Below are positions 60,090 through 64,000 of a stretch of DNA of 64,000 nt, piece after piece. Under the pieces are notes generated by a model that had not been told where the DNA came from, did no database searches, and worked only from the letters and a program-made list of their open reading frames with translations. How positions within the stretch are numbered: position 1 is the stretch's first letter; each line of letters opens with the position of its first letter. Made by a program: the position numbers and the translations under genes. The stretch is from Desulfuromonadales bacterium (lineage in GTDB: Bacteria > Desulfobacterota > Desulfuromonadia > Desulfuromonadales > Geopsychrobacteraceae), in assembly GCA_019429255.1 (NCBI GenBank), contig JAHYIY010000012.1, positions 2,505 through 66,504 of the forward strand, given 5' to 3'.

Positions 60090-60344
60090 TTAATAATGAA
60101 AACGGCATTGAACAATAATAAGGCTGTCGTCGGTGACTTTGTACACTAGCCGGTGGGTGCGGTCGATACGTCTGGACCAGTAGCCGGTCCAGTAGTGCTT
60201 CAAGGGTTCCGGGTTGCCAATGCCGTCAAACGGGTGCCGTATCGTTTCTCTGATCAGGGTGTTAATACGTTGGAAAATCTGCTTATCCGCTTGCTGCCAA
60301 TAAAGATAGTCGTCCCATGCGTTTTGTGCCCAGGAGAGTATCAT
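60090..60344 (-). CDS. yoeB: Txe/YoeB toxin
   Basis: AWDDYLYWQ, PFDGIGNPEPLK, WSRRI..HRLVY, RFHY. Confidence 0.95.
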   Translation of the reverse strand: MILSWAQNAWDDYLYWQQADKQIFQRINTLIRETIRHPFDGIGNPEPLKHYWTGYWSRRIDRTHRLVYKVTDDSLIIVQCRFHY

Positions 60345-60595
60345 TCTTCACACAGATCGCGCTGAAGGCTCTGACCTGATTCGATCTCGCTAATGGCCTC
60401 ATTGAGTCTTTGAGCGTTCTTCGGACTCGCCATCAAGTAAGCTGTTTCTTCGTAGGCATGAAAATCGTCAAGGCTAATCACCACCGCAGGGCTGCCATTT
60501 TGCCGGGTAATCAGCACCGGCATGTGGTTTTCGCTGACCCTGTCGAGGGTTTTTGCCAGATTATTTCTAAAGGCAGAGTAGCTCATGGTCTCCAT
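60341..60595 (-). CDS. yefM: YefM antitoxin
   Basis: SYSAFRNNLA, ITRQNG, EETAYLMASPKNA; TGTAC repeats upstream. Confidence 0.95.
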   Translation of the reverse strand: METMSYSAFRNNLAKTLDRVSENHMPVLITRQNGSPAVVISLDDFHAYEETAYLMASPKNAQRLNEAISEIESGQSLQRDLCEE

Positions 60596-60774
60596 CTTGA
60601 TCCTCCTTATGCGTTTCTATCATTGTACCTATATTTGTACGCTAACCCAAGACGGTTTTGTTATATCAGACTTGACTATATCAGCTCACCCCAATATTCA
60701 AGCGGCACGATGGTGAGGGGTGACTACCTGAACAATTTTTTACCATGTGTTCTGCGACAATTATGATCCCAACC

Positions 60775-61056
60775 TTAACGCTTATCAGCAGCTTTGTAGA
60801 CCAGGTTCCTGTCACGTTTCCCCACGGCTATGATAACGACAAGTAGTTCGGTATCATGGACTTCGTAGACGAGACGAAAACCGGCGCTGCGCAGTTTGAT
60901 TTTGTATCGGTCGGTGTGGCCAAATAATTGCAAAGAGGCTATGCGTGGGCAATCAAGGCGCTCAATAAGCTTTTTTTTGAATTGGCTGCGAACAGTCGGA
61001 TCAAGTTTTCGCCATTCACGCAAAGCTTCTTCTTTGAAGCTCAGGTCATAGTTCAT
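60775..61056 (-). CDS. relE: RelE/StbE toxin
   Basis: ALREWRKLD..QFKKKL, YKIKLRSAGFRLVY, AVGKR. Confidence 0.93.
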   Translation of the reverse strand: MNYDLSFKEEALREWRKLDPTVRSQFKKKLIERLDCPRIASLQLFGHTDRYKIKLRSAGFRLVYEVHDTELLVVIIAVGKRDRNLVYKAADKR

Positions 61057-61294
61057 CCACGGTCACCTTGATTTCAGCTTGATCTTTTCGCTGATCTGAA
61101 ATCTCATTGAGTTCGGCATCTTCAAGGCGATTAAGAAGTGCTTCATAGGTTGCAGCGGGAATGCAGTAGAAGGCCGGCTCATTACGATTAAGAATGGCAA
61201 CGGGAAAACCTTCACCTTCGGCGACGGTACCCATTGGGTTGCGTTTTAGCTCGGTGATGCTCGCAGTGACGGTAGAGTAGATTGAATGTGCCAT
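61046..61294 (-). CDS. StbD-like (Phd family) antitoxin
   Basis: ASITELKRNPM, PVAILNRNEPAFYC. Confidence 0.9.
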   Translation of the reverse strand: MAHSIYSTVTASITELKRNPMGTVAEGEGFPVAILNRNEPAFYCIPAATYEALLNRLEDAELNEISDQRKDQAEIKVTVDEL

Positions 61295-61579
61295 GTTTTC
61301 ACCTCCTTTGTTGAAACAGTAACATTTTTAGAGGCAGAGTAAAAGATATTTAAAAGCACCTTTAGAGGTTCGATTAAGTAGTAGAATTTCGGTTTACTAG
61401 TCTCAGGGTGGGGTTAAATTTTATCGGAGAGTCGCTGTAGTCGCAAGAGAAGGAGAGGAATGCTGATTCAACTATTAAACAACCCTATGTATACCCAGCA
61501 TCTGGTTATGCTTTTAAAACAGTTAATCAACGTACCCTTCGACCTGGTTATTTGTTACTATGCACAAGAGGAGGTGAAT

Positions 61580-61879
61580 ATGAATGCGGTAGAAATCTTT
61601 GAGTTGATTCGACAAAACAAAACAGAGTTAGATCGTTTTGGCGCAAGCCGCATTGGCCTGTTCGGCTCACAAATTCGCGGCGAAGCCCGTGCTGAAAGTG
61701 ATATAGATTTTATCGTTGAATTCGTAACTGGCCAGAAAAACTATGACAATTATATAAACTTATGCTTTTTTTTAGAAGATTTGTTCAATAAGAAAATCGA
61801 CCTCCTGACCCCGGAATCCCTCAGTCCCCACTTAAAGGAGCGGATTTTGGGAGAGGCCCAATATGAAATCATCCATTAG
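61580..61879 (+). CDS. Minimal nucleotidyltransferase (MNT) antitoxin
   Basis: LFGSQIRGE..SDID, LEDLF..KIDL; GGAGG RBS. Confidence 0.92.
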   Translation: MNAVEIFELIRQNKTELDRFGASRIGLFGSQIRGEARAESDIDFIVEFVTGQKNYDNYINLCFFLEDLFNKKIDLLTPESLSPHLKERILGEAQYEIIH

Positions 61880-62264
61880 TTATCTTCGTCACATACTTGA
61901 TGAAACAACATTTCTGGTTGAGCACGTTGGTTCCTGTCGTCCTGATCATTTCATGCGTGACCCGGTATTACACCGCGCAGCAATACGGAGTATTGAAATT
62001 ATTGGTGAGGCGGTAAAGAACCTGCCCGAGGAATTGCTGGTAAAATATCCCGAGGTCGAATGGCGTAAAATGGCAGCTACCCGGAACCGGTTGATCCACG
62101 GATATTTCTCCGTTGATATCGAACTTGTCTGGGATATTGTGGTTTCCAAAATACCTGAGCTTAAAAATCAGATCGAGAAAATTATCGATGAAATTTCCGA
62201 TTTAGATCAGCCACCAAGGCACCAAGTGCACCAAGAAAAGCTTGGGGAAAAGACAACAACCTGA
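61863..62264 (+). CDS. HEPN (DUF86) RNase toxin
   Basis: EIIGEA, W.KM..RNRLIHGY (RX4HXY), VWD. Confidence 0.92.
   Translation: MKSSISYLRHILDETTFLVEHVGSCRPDHFMRDPVLHRAAIRSIEIIGEAVKNLPEELLVKYPEVEWRKMAATRNRLIHGYFSVDIELVWDIVVSKIPELKNQIEKIIDEISDLDQPPRHQVHQEKLGEKTTT
62210..62235. repeat. CCAAG palindrome, left arm only
   Basis: GCCACCAAGGCACCAAGTGCACCAAG. Confidence 0.8.
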
Positions 62265-62274
62265 TTTAAAAGCT

Positions 62275-62393
62275 TTTTGCCGCGATGAAAATCTATGAAA
62301 ATCTGTAGGTAAAACCTTTACTGCTGGAATTTTTGGCTGTGTTTAAATTTAACAGACCTTGATAGATGTTGATAGATGTTGATCGCGGCAAAA
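62275..62393. repeat. TTTTGCCGCGAT periodic palindrome
   Basis: Matches 63077-63195; arms (ATGAAAATCT)2 and (TTGATAGATG)2. Confidence 0.92.
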
Positions 62394-62420
62394 AAAGGTT
62401 TTTTATCATAGCCCCCAATG

Positions 62421-62708
62421 TTAAACAGCAGTATGTAGTGGCTTGACCTTCAGATCGTCGTTCTGTTGCATAGCCTTGGACAGTTCATAATTTGACTGTA
62501 ATGTCATCCAGAACCGAGCGGTACTGACACCGCTTTTTTCCAATCGTAAAGCTAACAACGGACTGATGCCTGAACGGCCATTGATGATACGAGACAGGGT
62601 TGAGCGGGCTATGTCAAGGCGGTTGGCCGCGTCAGTCACGTCAATATTCAACGGCAGCAAAACATCCTCTCGTAGTATTTCACCGGGGTGCGGATGATTT
62701 TTAAGCAT
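62421..62708 (-). CDS. higA: HigA antitoxin
   Basis: HPHPGEIL, HTH, ALRL, FWMTLQSNY. Confidence 0.92.
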   Translation of the reverse strand: MLKNHPHPGEILREDVLLPLNIDVTDAANRLDIARSTLSRIINGRSGISPLLALRLEKSGVSTARFWMTLQSNYELSKAMQQNDDLKVKPLHTAV

Positions 62709-62719
62709 AAAAAACTCCT

Positions 62720-62903
62720 TCAATGATAGTCCTGATAATCCAGCAGTTCGACATTCTGGTCAATAAAGCGAAAAGTAACGCGCCAGTTTCCACTTACCCA
62801 CAGGGAATAGTATCCCTGCAAATTTCCTTTAAGGGGGTGGAGACGATATCCAGGGAAATTCAGTTCCTCCAGCGATGATGCTGCATCAAGGGCAGCAAGA
62901 ATA
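62720..62903 (-). pseudogene. higB: 5'-truncated HigB toxin
   Basis: ILAALDAA..PGYRLHPLKGNLQGYYSLWVSGNWRVTFRF..DYQDYH; N-terminus replaced by repeat DNA. Confidence 0.85.
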
Positions 62904-62918
62904 CCCCCCCCTTTTTAT

Positions 62919-63040
62919 CAGACCTTGATAGATGTTGATTGCGGCAAAGAACAGGTTTTTCTCTGCGGCTCTCCATCTCAGCGCCTCAGCGTTAAGGCTT
63001 TTAACGGAGAGTCGCAAGAGAAGGAGAGACGCAAGAGAAA
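62919..63040. repeat. Mosaic of palindrome half-arms
   Basis: Right arm CAGACCTTGATAGATGTTGATTGCGGCAAA; CTCTGCG/CTCAGCG runs; CGGAGAGTCGC..AAGAGAAGGAGAG also seen near 61425-61458. Confidence 0.7.
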
Positions 63041-63061
63041 ATCTTGGGGTAAAGACAAAAA

Positions 63062-63299
63062 CCTGATTCAAAGGCATTTTGCCGCGATGAAAATCTATGA
63101 AAATCTGTAGGTAAAACCTTTACTGCTGGAATTTTTGGCTGTGTTTAAATTTAACAGACCTTGATAGATGTTGATAGATGTTGATCGCGGCAAAAAACTG
63201 GTTTTTCTCTCCGCCACTCCCCCCCAGCGTCTGCGTTGTGGCTTTTTGATTCAGCAATTAAACAATGCCCACTCGTCTCGCCAATAAAAGCTATATGGT
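63062..63299 (+). repeat. ~240-bp direct repeat, copy B
   Basis: Matches 59722-59949 with one extra TTGATAGATG unit. Confidence 0.92.
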
Positions 63300-63362
63300 T
63301 TACCTCTGCGCAACAAAATGATAATTTACGACAAGGAATGCTAACTCAGCGGCGAGGCAAAA

Positions 63363-63584
63363 ATGCAAACCAACCTATCAGAAAAAATATTGCAACTCAG
63401 CATATCTGAGCGGATTCAACTTGCTGAGGATATTTGGGATAGTATTGCTGTAAATCAGCGATGTGTTGATCTGACGGACCTTCAGAAAACAATACTGCAG
63501 GAGCGGTTGGAAGATTATGCTGCCAATCCTGAATGCTGCGAAAGCTGGGATAAGGTTCGAAAGCGGATTTTGCTGACCTTATGA
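63363..63584 (+). CDS. Putative addiction-module antitoxin (TIGR02574-like)
   Basis: LSISERIQLAEDIWDSI..R..SWDKV. Confidence 0.88.
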   Translation: MQTNLSEKILQLSISERIQLAEDIWDSIAVNQRCVDLTDLQKTILQERLEDYAANPECCESWDKVRKRILLTL

Positions 63585-63880
63585 TGCAGCAGCAAATCAT
63601 TGTCAGAGTGATTGCCGAAACTGACATTATAGAAGCGGCCCGATGGTACGAGCAGCGCGATCAAGGTCTCGGTACAGAATTTATCAGAGCCGTAGATGCC
63701 TGCATCGCTGCTATTGTAAGAAACCCCCGTCAATATCCCGTTGTTTATGAAAATATCAGAAGAGCACTTCTCAGGAAATTTCCCTTCGGCCTCTTTTTTC
63801 TGATTGAAAACGGGAGCATTATCGTTTTGGCTTGTTTGCACAGCAAACGGCACCCCTCGGTTTTCAAAACGAGAAAATGA
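63581..63880 (+). CDS. RelE/ParE-family toxin
   Basis: AETDIIEAARWYE..GLG.EF, RRALLRKFPF, LACLHSKRHP. Confidence 0.88.
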   Translation: MMQQQIIVRVIAETDIIEAARWYEQRDQGLGTEFIRAVDACIAAIVRNPRQYPVVYENIRRALLRKFPFGLFFLIENGSIIVLACLHSKRHPSVFKTRK

Positions 63881-63901
63881 AACTTTTTAGCGTAACCCCG
63901 A

Positions 63902-64000
63902 GCAACTATTCACCCGCAGCCCAAAAATCGTCATCTCCGAGGGCTTTTGTCGGGGATCTACGCCTTTTAACTCTGAAGAAGAATCTGGATTCCGGCCAAA
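63902..64000. repeat. TIR-like end plus REP-like element (truncated by the window end)
   Basis: GCAACTATTCAC resembles the MITE end; GTCATCTCCGAGG..CGGGGATCTA..TGGATTCC resembles 31110-31350. Confidence 0.5.

Noticed and set aside
59717..60115. ORFs 59717-60115, 62886-63077, 62925-63110 and 30992-31249
   Set aside because: They consist of repeat-element DNA and show no protein motifs.
58154..64000. CRISPR array or classical integron
   Set aside because: Repeats are long, heterogeneous palindromes without regular spacers. I saw no cas or intI gene and no consistent attC cores, and modules lie in both orientations.

Overview
The window looks like chromosomal DNA from a Desulfuromonadales-type (Geobacter/Desulfuromonas-related) deltaproteobacterium; this is inferred from the ehr and cbcBA gene sets. 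From left to right it holds: envelope genes; an 8-gene Ehr (hydrogenase-4-like, no Ni ligands) operon led by an HTH-PTS EIIA regulator; tadA and tRNA-Ser(CGA); a decaying accessory region of about 12.5 kb (ars operon, two TA pairs, several pseudogenes); housekeeping genes (zupT, pcnB, miaA, uup, larA-glcDF, ilvE); a sigma54-controlled cbcBA cytochrome bc locus with its two-component system; a collapsed glutamate synthase remnant; and a dense array of seven toxin-antitoxin modules spaced by palindromic repeats. The strongest leads are (1) an ArsD that probably contains selenocysteine (UGA at a Cys-type position with a SECIS-like hairpin), (2) an unannotated Fur-boxed sRNA of about 115 nt with anti-SD motifs, (3) the TA cassette-like array with periodic palindromic spacers, and (4) a 156-bp GTAAC-ended MITE family with 8-bp target duplications. 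No CRISPR array, rRNA, integrase or intact transposase was seen. All family calls come from motif recognition by eye; no database searches were run.
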